A stretch of 63,247 bases of DNA, counting the filler, from Dugesia japonica (Eukaryota): NCBI GenBank assembly GCA_001938525.1. It is 6 parts of 6 records of this genome, joined end to end, with 100 filler letters (N's around TTAATTAATTAA, not from the genome) between each part and the next. Parts side by side here need not be neighbours in the genome. Positions count along the whole stretch, not along the records: positions 32,705 to 41,592 come from MQRL01287895.1; positions 41,693 to 52,805 come from MQRL01619234.1; positions 52,906 to 63,247 come from MQRL01574808.1; 3 more parts are not named here. One strand, 5' to 3'. Positions within the stretch are counted from its first letter, which is position 1; each line of letters starts with the position of its first letter. Of this stretch, positions 39,581 to 52,987 are shown one piece after another. Below the pieces are notes generated by a model. It saw only the letters and a program-made list of their open reading frames with translations, was not told the origin of the DNA and made no database searches. Position numbers and translations under genes: made by a program.

Positions 39581-41592
39581 TTTCATTCAACAACTAAAAA
39601 TCATTTGCAAACGTCAATTATTGTAAGCCGACTCAAAGATAAATTGTCTTCTTCACAAAAGTAGAATTTCTGACACAAATATATTTTCGACCTAGCTGCC
39701 GTATNTCGCACACGAGCAATCATGACTGTCAATCCATAGAATCATAATGACGACGCAGCTTCATTCAATATTGACGACGAGATTCCACTATTTTCTGAAG
39801 ATCTAGTTTAGATAAGCTAGATTAAATTCTTATCGGGGTTATACAGGGTAACTGATCCCGCGATCTTGAAATAAAACATCCGACTCAGATAGAAACCCAA
39901 CAAATATTTTTATCATATAACATGTTTTAGTAAAAATGTTGGGGTGAAACACCCGGGTGAAGAGGTAGTCATAATCAAGGATCCCAAATCATCAACCATA
40001 TAGAGAAAATAATCAACAATAATTACCAGTTAATATTAATCAAAAAAAATAAATAACTAAAAAGAAGATCTGTAAAATTAAGTTATTAAGAACATAAATG
40101 CCATCATAATGAAGTCAACGACAAATATCTATTATTAAAAGAATTATAATTTCTAATCAGAAAAAGTGAAAATTATTATTATTTATAATCGGAAAATAAT
40201 ATAAATAGTTAATTAATTTTGTTTTGAAAAAGAAATGAAATTAAGTAAAAATCTGTTAAAGAAGAATATCTTCCCTCAAGAGAACTGGAGGAAGTTCGGG
40301 AAAGAGAATTCAAAAGCAGAACGGCATGATGCAATAGATTTTCCTAACAAAATAAAAGTACCAACATCGGAAAGGTCATGAAAATGGTCTAAAGAACATG
40401 CCAATTAAAGGCCAGAAAATAAACGAAAGATAAAGCCCTAAAAGTCATCAGGAGCTCCAAAAATTGGCACCAATGGAATCAAAGAAAATCTCAACAAATC
40501 TAAGAATTGCAGAGTTGATACCAATAAGATGAAAAAATCAAAAAACAAAAATAGCTTACCAATGTCGGGAAAGTTGGGGTGTCAGCGAAAAAGTATTTAA
40601 ACTCCCAGAAAACCTAGCGAAATTACCGCTAAAAAAATCTTTTTATTAATTACTACAATTCATTATTACGTAAAAATTCGTGAAAAAATTACTTAATTCA
40701 AGATAACGACTTAATTGGTTCAGCTTTTTACTGTTGCAGGAAAACCGTCGATAAATTTATAAAGTAAAGTTATTGTTGTTATTTTATCTATATGATTTAT
40801 GAATATTTAATAAAATTTCAAACCTATTTCATAATAATTTCTCTTTGAATAACATTAAAATAATCATGAATAGCATAAGAGTCCACGTTTTATTAAGTAA
40901 TAAAAATCACATGATCGGCGATCGAAGTTTAATTAAACCGTTCCCTCGGCTCATTAAGCATTAAAATAATTAAATTTCCTGCTAATAATGACTAAGATTT
41001 ACAAATATCTGTAAAATGCCAGTAAAATCCGTACCAGAAGTTGTTTTGAATTCAATTACCTCGGCATGGCAGCATCAACTTCCACTAGATGATATTACAA
41101 CATTTCAGTGAATTATCATAAAATTTACCTGTAAGACTAAGAATGAGATTAAGTCTAACACGAAATGATCCGTTCAATTCTCGTGATTCCGTAATCCATG
41201 TTGTACGTCATTAATTCCAAGAGAGAGAAAATACTGGACGATAGTAAAATAGTATTGAAAATAATCCGTGTAACGTAGGTAATGAGAAAAAAATCTAATA
41301 TCCATTTTTAGATGAATAATATAAAAGACGACAAACACATCCCTTACTAACTCTTTGTAATTTTTGCTTAGGAATACACACCAAGTACCGGAGGCCAAAT
41401 GCTTATTACTCATCGATCGTCAAATTAGTAGTTGTAGTATTGCTATCACCTCAACATTAGTGCGAGTGATGTATTCAAGTCCAGAGGAGATTCCAGTGAG
41501 TGTGTAAAATGTTATACACTCATAAACTAACAAGTGATTTCATTAAAATAAGAAAAAGCTTCGATCAAAATAAAATTTATTTGTAAAAAGTT

Positions 41593-41692
41593 NNNNNNNN
41601 NNNNNNNNNNNNNNNNNNNNNNNNNNNNNNNNNNNNTTAATTAATTAANNNNNNNNNNNNNNNNNNNNNNNNNNNNNNNNNNNNNNNNNNNN
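41593..41692. other. Artificial scaffold-joining spacer
   Basis: N44-TTAATTAATTAA-N44. Confidence 0.97.
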
Positions 41693-41887
41693 TATTATTA
41701 TCATTTTTAATTATTTTTGTTTTATATTTTTATCATTTTATTAACATTTTTATTTTTAATTATATTGATTTCATTATTAATCATGATTTTAGAAACATAA
41801 GATTTTAAGATTCTTTTTATAGAAAAGTGTTCGAGCTACCAAAAATATTGTTCGAATAGAATACATGATATTTCTTGTCATGATGTC

Positions 41888-43455
41888 ATGGAAAACTATT
41901 ATGGAATTTCAAATAATTGGTCGAGATACTACTTATGTCCCACATGCACCACAATAAGTTTAGATACATACGATAGATTTTATAAGATCCATGCACATAA
42001 TTTAAAATCATTTAATAAGGAAAATAAGAAAGTTTTATTTCATAAATTAATTAAAATAGATGACCCTCCTTGTAAGAAATTTGAACCAAAGTTTATTGAT
42101 ATAAGCCATGATGACAAAATAGTAGTTAAAGTTTAAGATTTTCTTGCTCCAGTTGTTGATCCGATTGTCGATCTGACTGCTAATTCAGTTAATGATCCGA
42201 ATGTCTATCTAGTTGGTTGTTCTGTGGATGATAGGTCTTTTAATAGGTTTTTGATAGGGAAATAGGTGATGAAGATGAAGTTCTGAAGAAACATTTGGAA
42301 GCGAAAGTCCAAGTTGGTGGATCTCTTTTTCATGTTGACCCTGTTATTGAGTCAGATCTTTATAGGTGTCATCAAATCTTGAAAATGGATGTTGCTAAAT
42401 ATAATATGCGAGAAATGGTTTTACAATATACCTTGTTAGAGAAATTAGATAAATAATAGTAAATTTGAAGAATTTTAAGATTCAGTTCAGATTACATGTT
42501 GAATTTGTTAGGGATCATGAGATCAAAACTTCAAGACTTTCTAAAAGGTCTGGTCCTTTTAGTGATGAATTCTTTGAGAAAGAAATCAGGTCTTTGAACC
42601 AGAAAATTGCTGTAAGGTCTGAATTAGGTAGTAGTTTGATCTTGAGTAGAATTTTGGAAATTGATTTTAGTATCATGAAAGTTAGTGATATGAGCAGTTT
42701 GTCGGGAAGCAGTCATATCCCAACACCTAAAAATCATAGGTGTTTTATTTTTAGCATTCTTGCTGTACTTAGAAAAGGTGTAGTTAAATAGAATAAGTAT
42801 CGAGATACGAAATATAAGAAGTATATAGGAGAATTAGTATTCAAAAAAACTGACATGCCAATGAAATCTGCGAATATTCCTAAATTTGAGAAAAATAATC
42901 CTGGTCTTTTTATAAATGTATTTTCTTGGAACCCTATTAATCTTTGTGATAATGAGGATGATATCATTATGAAACATCCAAATCTTGATATTATTCGTAG
43001 AAGTAAGTTTGAAAGTGGTCGAAAAGTTAATCTTTTATTGCTTGCGGATGGGAAAAAATATCATTATACTGTAGTAATGAATCTGAAAATTAAATAGAGA
43101 CTTACAAAACTATAGTGTAAGAATACAATCCAAATGTTGTGAAAATTGCTTGAATGGTTTTAGGGATGATATTGCTTTAAAGACTCATATTTCTCTTTAT
43201 AGTAGAATTCAAACAGATACAACTTTATATACAATGCCCACCAATCCAAAATTGTCGTTTAAAGATTTAAAGACGAATTTTAATACAATTTAAAGACCAT
43301 TACACCTCCTTTTGTTATTTACGCCAATTTTGAGTCTATTCTTGAAAAGGATGAAAAGTATCTTCATAAGCACTTGACTATTTCAGCAGGGCTTTTACTG
43401 GTTAATAACTTCACTAATGAATTTAAGTATAAAAAATTTATAGGCTTGAATTGTA
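41888..43455 (+). pseudogene. Polinton pPolB N-terminal region
   Basis: GSSHIPTPK, RCFIFSILA, PMKSANIPKFEKNNP..INVF, VNLLLL..HY, CENCLNGF, PFVIYANFESIL. Confidence 0.85.
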
Positions 43456-43849
43456 TATTGTATAAAATAATACCAAATAATACGAGTTATGCACGCAGAC
43501 GAAATTGAGCACTAAACTCTAAATTTTGAGATTTTTTCAACACAGAGACTTATTTATTTCAACTAGTATTAGGTTAGGAATCAGCAAAAAATGCTCTATT
43601 GAATAAACACCTTGTTTACATATTTGAGAAGAAAAACTTTTGCAAGATTTTTTGTGAACAATTGATTGCCGTAAAATTCTCAGCAATTTGGTATAAAAAT
43701 CTTTGAAATCTGAGATATAGAACATATTTTTTCAAAACTTTAGACTTTTCACTTAGACTCCCATAAAAATTTCATTTAAGAAATTTTAAATTTTCATTTT
43801 ATTTAAACAACATAAACGGTTTGCCCGGATTCGTATAAAAAATTCCCAT

Positions 43850-44771
43850 AAAAAAATTTTACCAACTAAATACACAGAAAAAATATTGCTGCTTAAAAAG
43901 CTTGAAAAGATTCTGCTGCTTAAAAAGTCTAAAACAATTTTCCCAACGAATGGATTTGATGGAAATGATTCAATATGCAAGCATAAATAATGATTATAGA
44001 TATATTTTAACATGTGTTGATGTATTTAGCTGATTCACACGTGCAGTTCCAGTAAAACGGAAATCTGGTAAAGATATGTTGTTGGCTTTGGCGGTAATGT
44101 TTAAAGATGTTCATCCGAAAGCTATTCAAACCAATTTGGGTAAAGAGTTTTACAATAATCAAGTCAAATCTTTGCTGAAACAATATAGTATAATACACTA
44201 TTCAGTATTTTCTCAGTACAAAGCTGCTCTAGTTGAGCGATTTAATCGAAGACTACGCACTAGATTAAACAAGTTCTTCAACAAGCAAGGTAACAAAAAA
44301 CGGATACATGTTTTACCAAAAATTATATATTCATACAACCATTCCGACCATAGAGATATTAAAGGAGGAAAGAAAACAGTTAATGCTACAGATAATGACG
44401 ATGATACACAGTATTTCATCAATAATAAGCCAAAACCAAAATATAAAATTGGTCAACATGTACGGATTTCCCGAATTAGTACTACGTCATTCATTAAAAA
44501 CTTTGATAATAACTGGAGTGATAAAGTCTTTCAAATTTCGGAAATCAACACTACACAAACCACAGTCATATATGTAATACGTGTTGAAGATGGTAATATT
44601 ATTTAAGGCAAATTTTATGAGAAGGAATTACAAGTGTTACCGGAAAAACCACTCATATATCGAATTAAATCAATTCTCAAAACCATAGGTCTAGGCCAAT
44701 AAAAACAATATCTAGTTGAATGGAATGTCTATTCAAAGCCTGTGTGGATTCAAGCCTCTCAAATTCAATAA
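43850..44771 (+). pseudogene. Polinton retroviral-type integrase with chromodomain-like tail
   Basis: TCVDVFS, IQTNLGKEFYN, KAALVERFNRRLR, YNHSDH, GKFYEKELQ, QYLVEW. Confidence 0.92.
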
Positions 44772-46104
44772 TGAGTTTCTATATAGTTTTGACAAGCAAT
44801 AGTTGTCCAAGAACTTGAACTGATAATAATGCGAGCAAATATTTGGTTGACTATGAGAATGCCATCACTTTAAAAGATGACCATTGTGAAGTTGTTATGA
44901 CAGAATTGGTTTTCAATTATTGTCCACAGACTATACGGAAAGGTTCAAAAATTGAATATAAAATAAGATAAGTGATGGAAATTAAGTATTGTAAATGGTA
45001 GTCTTCAACTTAAAAATACCGTCCCTATCAATAAATATAACTGGTATATATTTTCCGATGAAAAATAAGTAAAATTAAAAACAGATTGTCAAATAGAAAT
45101 GGAGTTTAAATCGTTATCAGATGCTAAAAAGTTTGGATTCAATTTATGTCAATACCAAAAATAAAAAGCTATTAGTTTCAATTATTGAATCTGATGAACA
45201 GTTGATTTTGGANAATATTCAATCAATATCTTTAAAATTAAAGTTCAATACTATTGAGAAAGGAACAGCTAAAATAAAAGAAATTGAAGAAAATGTAAAT
45301 GTTGAGATTAAAAATGGAAAACCTTTTGTTTCTGGATTGAAAAATAAAAAGAATTGCGAAATCAGTAGTAATGGTGAAAAGAAAATAATTATCAAATCGG
45401 AATGCAATATGGAATTGGAGTTTAATTCATTGTTTGATGCTCGATTACTGGGGTTTAATTCACAAAAGACAAAAAACAAACCGATGGATTCATTTATCGA
45501 ATTAGATACTCAAATATTGGATAATATTTCCAAAACTGATGTTAAATTAAAATTTACTGAAATAAATACAGAAATTAATTATTTTGAATTTCAAAGGGAT
45601 TTAATGGTTACGGATCTAGATAATCTGGTTATATCATTTATAAAATTATGTATAAATATTTAAATAATTTGTTATAGATTCATAGTTTCGACTGGTCATG
45701 TTTAAATTACTTGATAATGCTGAATATGTATCATTTGATGAGAGTCTTTTGCTAATACTCAGTCTTCCTTCTGCAAAATTCAACAAGTCTATAGAACAAG
45801 GAAAAGGTTTGCATAAACCGTTATTACATGGGGTATCAAACAACTTTGTATTTACTCATCGATAGTCGATTAAATTTTCGTTGGTGATGTACTGGTGGTA
45901 CGTTTGAGGAGTATAGGGATTGATAGTAATAAGCATTCATTTGGTGATGTTGTGCATGTAAGACGTGAAAATCTAATGTATTTACCTCTATCATCATCTT
46001 CCATCAACAAAATTGAAGTAAACATACGTGATAATGCGGAAAGATTGATTGATTTATCTTATGGATCAAAAACAAGTTTAACTCTACATTTTCAACAAGT
46101 ATAA
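44771..46104 (+). pseudogene. Polinton minor capsid (penton)
   Basis: N-terminus MSFYIVLTSNS...NNASKY; C-terminus VGDV...LRSI...MYLPLSSSSINKIEVNIRD...LTLHF. Confidence 0.82.
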
Positions 46105-46136
46105 ACAATTTGATTACAATTTGATTCATCATTGAA

Positions 46137-46520
46137 ATGGTTGATCGAGCTATTATAACAATGTATATTCGTTCACAAATGGGTGGAGACTTTCTATTCT
46201 TTATTGATAGTCAACAACAGCAAGGTGATTGAAATTGGCTGCATAAAATTAGACGTTTACCAATTCCAATTTTGTATAAATTTGGACTTCCAATTGCAAA
46301 GTTAGTAGGATAAGCAGCACTAAAAACTGTTGATGATGTTATAAAAACGATGCAGTCATTTAATGAATCAATCAAAAATCAAGCAATGAATATGTTACCT
46401 GTTGTGAAAGAAAATGCACTTAATGTATTAAAAAAGTTGTTGGTGGACAGCATGGAAGTGAAAAACGTAAACGGAAAAAAAGATAACATCGACTATAAAC
46501 AAAAGACGACGATTAAATGG
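46137..46520 (+). pseudogene. Small Polinton core/PW-like gene
   Basis: YIRSQMGG...QQQG motif and basic tail, located between penton and capsid. Confidence 0.5.
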
Positions 46521-47080
46521 AACCATCTTTGCAAAATAACCATGTATGCCGGAAAAACTGAATTATTGTTTTTTGACCACAATATACCACAGATTGTTGT
46601 TTAAAGCTACAAATTTGAAGAAATATACTCAAATGATTCTATAACCGGGTATGCTGGACAACAAGTTGAGTTCAATATTATTGGTTCAGATAATGATTAC
46701 TTGGATTTGAATGATGCATTGCTCATTATTAAAATGAAGACACTAAAGCATGATAGGACCGATTTTGCATCAACTGATACTACCAACACGATTCCTTTCA
46801 ATTATTTGTTTCAAACTATATTCAAAGAGGCATCATTAACACTACATATTGTAAAGGTTGAAGATACAAATGATACTTATATGCAAAAGGTGGTAATTGA
46901 AGTAGCATTGAATTTTGGATCGGATACAAAAACACATTTCTTGAAGCTTTTGGTTATCATAAAGAAGATGATAAGAGATAAAGTTGGATCTGAAAAGCTG
47001 GCGCTCTGCGGTGCACTTAATTTGGATTTCTTTGACCAACTAAAGTATCGCCAAAAACCGGAAATCTCAAGTTAGATGTG
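46517..47080 (+). pseudogene. Polinton major capsid protein, N-terminal part only
   Basis: QVEFNIIGSDNDYLDLND, PFNYLFQTIFKE, NDTYMQKVVIEVALNFG, LCGALNLDFFDQ. Confidence 0.8.
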
Positions 47081-47219
47081 CGATTCCATAAAGCCTTGAC
47101 TTAATAAGTGACAATTTATGCATATGCAGTATTTGATTTGGAAATTCAAATCNCCAAGAATGAAGTAGTGGTTGTATAAACAATACATACATGCATGCGT
47201 GTATTGCATAGTATGAAGT

Positions 47220-47606
47220 ATGTATTCTTATTTAATAAAGAGAATTTTATTGATTAATAATACTTTTCAGATTGAAACAATATTGAAACGTGATTTGGGC
47301 AGCAGGCAATTCAAAGGAGTTTATCCAATGGAACGATTACCGGACCTTTTACAAAACGGATGCTATGTAATCAATACACATACTTCGAATTTAGATAGTG
47401 AGCATTGGATTGCTATTCATGTCAAACCAAATATTATTCGTGTATTTGATCCAATGACAATGTTTTATCCACAATTGCTGGTAACAAAATTGGAGCGTAT
47501 GTAACAACTTGTTGATTTCAATAAAATCATGTATCAGAATCCATTGACATTTAAATGTGGAAAATATTGTATTGAATGGCTTAAAAGTGAGTATAAACAA
47601 TGTTAA
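47220..47606 (+). pseudogene. Adenain-type cysteine protease
   Basis: FKGVYP..LP, YVINT...EHWIAI, FDP, YQ...CGKYC (His-Asp-Gln-Cys); one internal stop. Confidence 0.92.
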
Positions 47607-47630
47607 TGTGATTATCAATAAATATTTAAA

Positions 47631-48112
47631 ATGTCTGTGTATTTTATTGATTATGAAGCCTTTCAGGATATTAATGCTGACTATTTAATTAAAGAATTAT
47701 GCATAATGGATGTGAATAATATTCTTTAACTGTTTTATTACATGTTTTCCATGGCGGAATCAATGCGTAGTTTATCAAAATCTGCTCAAACAACTAATGA
47801 GTACTTACGGCTTTGGTGTCATCATTTCAGGTGGATTGATGGAAATTGTAAATTTGATCCAATTCGAATTGTCAATGATAAAACAAACAATTTCTAATGA
47901 TGCATTATTTTATGTGAATGATCACGTGAATAGAAATAAAATTAGTACTCTCAAGCAATTTTTCCCGAGTGTTTGAATGGTTAATTATAACTCAAATGAC
48001 CATCTACAGCTATATATACCGGATATTATTTTTTGTCCATATTATAATCACGGAGATTATCGTGCATATAAAAGTGCTTACAGCTCTGTGTACATTACCT
48101 ATCATCATGTAA
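47631..48112 (+). pseudogene. Maverick-associated DEDD-like nuclease ORF
   Basis: YFIDYEAFQ...IKELCI...TNEYL...HHFRWIDG; Cys/His-containing tail. Confidence 0.55.
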
Positions 48113-48911
48113 ATGAAAGTATTTTTTGCTTTTTTTTATGACTGATAAGAATATTATTGTAAAATAATATTAATAATAATAATAATAATTAATATAATAT
48201 TTATTATTTAGAAATTATCAAATGAAACTAAATAGCGGAATCCAAAAGATATATCCTACAATTTAATCTTGATGTTGAACTACTCTTTTCTAATAGTCAT
48301 TATCGATAAAATTCTGACATTGTCTGATGTCTAGAAAGATATGATAAATTGACTGACTCTTTACTTCATATTAAAGAAACAGTGAACATTTGAATTTCGA
48401 ATAGAATGGTAATTTTTTACTTAATATCAAGATATTATTCATCTTAACATTTACATCTGATTAATTTTCAATAATTTTTCATTAATTTAGAAATAATCGA
48501 ATGAAAAAATATAATATTGGAATTTTTCCACTCCGATTAGACAGAAACCATTTATCCTAATTAATTACTGCTCACACAGTCAGAGAAAATATTTCATTCT
48601 TTTAATATTTTTTTCTGGGAGCCACACGAATAATGAAGCGAGAGAAATTTACCAAAAAATATCCATTCTTTGTGTTTGATTTAATTGTGCACATCCAGAA
48701 ATCTGANNNNNNNNNNNNNNNNNNNNNNNNNNNNNNNNNNNNNNNNNNNNNNNNNNAAATTTAACTGAATTTATTTTTTGAATTTCTAAAATTGGATTTG
48801 TTATTATTTATCTCTAAGTTTTTGAACCTGTTCCTAAGTTTCTTTAAATTCATTAGTCGTTTTAATAAGCAATATCTGTTTTTATGATGTATTAATGATT
48901 ATTATTATAAT

Positions 48912-51900
48912 AGTTATGGAAATTCTAAATAATGTTGTTTAAATAATACGAATTAACGTTATAATTTATATTTAATAACATTTCTAATCTTAGTTGTTAT
49001 TGAAATATGATAGAGGGCAAGGATATTGTAACTGGCAAACATGCCAGAACTGTAAATATGGTGACAAGGCAAGAGCATCAACGTAAAGCAATTTTAGATG
49101 CGTTACCAAAGAAAGCGCAAGAATTAATAAATTTTAACGTCAGAAAATATGATGGAAAAAGTGCAGAAGTAGCTTCGAAATGATTTAATGATATTGAGGA
49201 GTGGACTATCGTTAACGATTTTAATTTGTTGGATATCTTTGATTTCCTATTTTCAGATGATGTAGGAATTCTTTGGAAAGATTTTAAAAAGATTGAGATC
49301 ACAACAGAGGAAGCTAAAAGGTGATTCACAAAGACATTTATGATAAAAAAAATCGTTTTCAGAGCTGATTCTAGAATTAGCAATAGCAAAACAGAAGACT
49401 GAAGAAAGATTCGCAACATTTGAAATAAGAATAAGAAATCTGATAGATATTGTCATAAATTCAGGATTAAGTAAAGATGAAATAATTAATGACGTACTCT
49501 CAAAGAAGGTGAAAAATACAAAGTTGAGAGAAACATTGACAACACTTCCTGATATCAAGATCACGGAAATGAGATCCCTAGCAAAGATTCACGAAGAAAA
49601 GGAACATCATCAACGAATAGCCGAAAAGGAAGATATCTGTATGATAAAAAAAGATGACTTATAGAAATGTAGTTAAACCATACATAAATAGAGTTGAAGA
49701 GAATAGACATAAAATACATGTAAATAATTTGCCAGTAAAAAGATTATATGAGAGAAACACACAACCAGTGATGATGGAAGATAGTGATGAGGCCAAAACC
49801 GAGGGTATCAATGAAATATTTGGCAATATGTTATTTTAATAGACAAAGAGGATTTCCAGAACCTCGTGAAGAGAAATTCTGAGAGGACAATGCTATTGCT
49901 GTGGAGAACATAAGCATAAACGATACCAATGCTCATCAAAAGACAAATGTTTAATTTGCGTCAAGTCGGACCATAATTTAAGATCTTGTTTGATTTTATA
50001 GGGTTAGTCCAGTAGAAGGCACACTAAAATTCTGTGTATTCAAGAGGAATTAGACTATTCAAAAGAAGACGATGAGAGCGTGACAGATCATGATGTAGTA
50101 ATGGGAAAAAACCAGAACGACTCCATTGCTTACATTTCGTCGATGGAGTCAGTATAGAAAAAGATGATGAAAGAGGAGAGATTTTTGAAAAAGAAGATTG
50201 GCAAGAGTGGAGTAAAGTAGATGTTAATGAAGTAAAGTTAGAGATGTTGTGGGATTCGGGAGCTTCAGCGACAGTCATGAGTGAGAACTATTAGATTTAA
50301 ATTTGAAAACCGTTGTTGTCGATATGTAATTTCAGATTAAATCGAGCATTTAATAAGGACGGAGAAAAACCGTTTGGTATAACAGAATTAAGTATACAGT
50401 AAAACAAAAAAGTCAGGAAAATTAAAGTCATCATAGTTAGACAGATCTACCCTTAATTAATAGGTGGTATTGATACAATGCAAAGGTTTGGAGTAAAATT
50501 AACTGAAATAAATAACATCAAAAATGAGAGTCTAAACATAGCACACTCTGATGAAGATAGAAATAATAATGCGCTGCAGTTGTTTAAAGAAACAGATAAC
50601 AGAAAAATGGTTCAGTTGATCCAGAATTTGTGTGAGATATTCATGGCTTCAAAGTTCAATGAAACGTAATACATGAAATAAAAGTTAAAGGAGGTCCAAT
50701 AGTACAGTATCCTAGAAGACAGCCGATGCATTTAGAAAAGAAAATTGAAGATGTGATTAAAGAATTAGCAAGGATTGGCGTTATCACCAAATGTAATAGT
50801 CCTTGGAATTTTCCATTAGTAATTGTAGGCAAAAAGGGCGGCTCGATAAGAATGTGCGTGGATTGCAGACAACTGAATTTGAGGACAGAAAAGTTTATTT
50901 TTCAATGCCAGACATTCAGTTATTATTAGATTGTTTATATGGCTCAAAATTATTTTCATCGATAATTCTCGGCAAAACGTATTATCAAGTAAAGTTAGCG
51001 GAAGGGATGTAACTGTTTTCAGTACAAAAGAAGGTCAATTCAGATTTAATCGAATGCCTTTTGGATTAGCTACAGCAACGGCCACTTTTCAAATGTTAAT
51101 TCACGAGGGATTAATTTTCAAAGGAGTTATTACATATCTAGACGATATTCTGGTGTACGGAAAATATTAGAGGACCACGACAAAATGTTAGAGACAGTCT
51201 TTTACCGGATCAGAGACTCAGTATTAAGAATAAACCCGGAGAAATGTAAGTTTTATCAGAAAAAAGTGTTATTCTTGGGACATACAGTTAAAACAACTGG
51301 TATACGCACTAATGAAGTTAAGATTCATGAGATTAAGAACTCTGCTCCTTTCTTGGACTAACTAACTACTACATGCGTTACATAAAAGATTATGCAAAAA
51401 TAGCAGTTCCTTTATATGAAGCAACTTCAGGTTGCAACAAACCGTTAGTTTGGACAGAAGCATGTCAGAACAGTTTCAATGTATTAAAAGACAAGTTATG
51501 TAGTGCTCCAGTATTAGAATACTCCAGGGACGATTGGATGTTCATTTTAGACACTGACGCTAGTTTTGAGACTATCGGCGCAGTTCTTAGTCAATGCGAA
51601 GAGAAAAAAGAAGATATTATAGCGTATGGATCCAGACATTTGGTAGCTCGGGAAAAAGGGTACTGTGTGACAAGGAAAGCACTATTAGCTATACACGAAT
51701 TTGTATAACAATTGAAACAATATCTGTATGGAAAGAAATTTCTGGTAAGAATGGACCACAAAGCGTTGGTGTTTCTGAACAACACAAAAAAACCAAACAG
51801 TCCACAATTCCAGACGTGGATGGCAAATTTGGGAGAGTACGATTTTGAATTCAAGCATAGAAAAGGCGAAGAACACAACAATTTGGATGGGTTGTCGAAG

Positions 51901-52708
51901 CTAAAGGAGAGTTTATATTCACAGTCTACCATGAAACACATAGACACACAAGGAGAAAAAACAAGAGTGAAACATATCAATGGAATTCAACACGCAACCA
52001 ATATAATTACAATGATTTGACAGGCTCAGACAGAAGATTCAGAAATACAAGGCTGTATAGCAATGTTACGATAAGATGGTTTATGGACTAAAATTAGTGA
52101 ACAAAGAAGCTACTGGAATAAACTAAAGCACGAATTTAAAGTAGTGGATGGTTTGTTGGTAGTAGAAAGAGAAGATAAATGTTTATTATAACCGAAAGTC
52201 AAATATAGTATTAATGCTACAATACAAGATTCAACAAAATTCTCTCCTTTCAAAATCGTATTTGGTCGAAAGATAAATATGCATACCAAAGAGGACACGC
52301 TTACAAAGGAAGGACAAGCAGAGAAGAGATAGTATGACAGAACTTGGAAAAGACGGCGCAGAAAATGAAAATTTTTAAGAAGATAAGCGAGGACAAAAAT
52401 ACTTTAAAGAGTGGATATTAGTCCAAGTAGAACCACAAAAACAAAAGAAAAACTGTTTGCTGTATGAATCGCCCATACCAGATAGTGAGATTTGTATCAA
52501 CACATCAAATTGAAATCAAGTTTCCAAAAGGTTTGAAAACCAGAAGAAAAGAATGGCTGAAAAGATGAAAACGTTTTATAGGAGGGGGGTTACGGAAATT
52601 CTAAATAACGTTGTTTAAATAATACGAATTAACGTTATAATTTTATATTTAATAAATATTCTGATTACTTAGTTTGTTATTGAAATAAAGGACAAGGATA
52701 TTGCAACT
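48912..52708 (+). mobile_element. Ty3/gypsy LTR retrotransposon with both LTRs (48912-49033, 52588-52708) and ATAAT TSD; ORFs decayed, integrase core deleted
   Basis: ~121-bp direct repeats; PBS TGGC at 49033; PPT ataggagggg; gag knuckles ~49890-49990; LWDSGAS protease; SPWNFP, RMPFGL and YLDD in RT; LDTDAS in RNase H. Confidence 0.95.
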
Positions 52709-52805
52709 ATAATTACTATGTATTTTTTTAAAGTGACAGGTCAAACCTTGATAAAAGAATGTGCATAGATATTAATCATTTGCAGAATTTTTTTTTTATT
52801 ATTTT

Positions 52806-52905
52806 NNNNNNNNNNNNNNNNNNNNNNNNNNNNNNNNNNNNNNNNNNNNTTAATTAATTAANNNNNNNNNNNNNNNNNNNNNNNNNNNNNNNNNNNNNNN
52901 NNNNN
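52806..52905. other. Artificial scaffold-joining spacer
   Basis: N44-TTAATTAATTAA-N44. Confidence 0.97.
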
Positions 52906-52987
52906 ATCACAGGCACACACTCACATTGTCAACACACGAATTCGCACACAATCACACGAGTACATAATTAGATAATTCCTAATTTAC

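Larger units (their letters stand above)
41860..48112 (+). mobile_element. Polinton/Maverick (adintovirus-like) endogenous element, decayed and internally deleted
   Basis: Collinear polB, integrase, penton, small core-like gene, major capsid, adenain protease and DEDD-like ORF on one strand; no TIRs or packaging ATPase seen. Confidence 0.92.

Noticed and set aside
41860-52708. Alternative genetic code or programmed readthrough explaining in-frame stops
   Set aside because: All three stop codons and frameshifts occur at scattered positions in mobile ORFs, while host genes translate cleanly in the standard code; this is ordinary decay.
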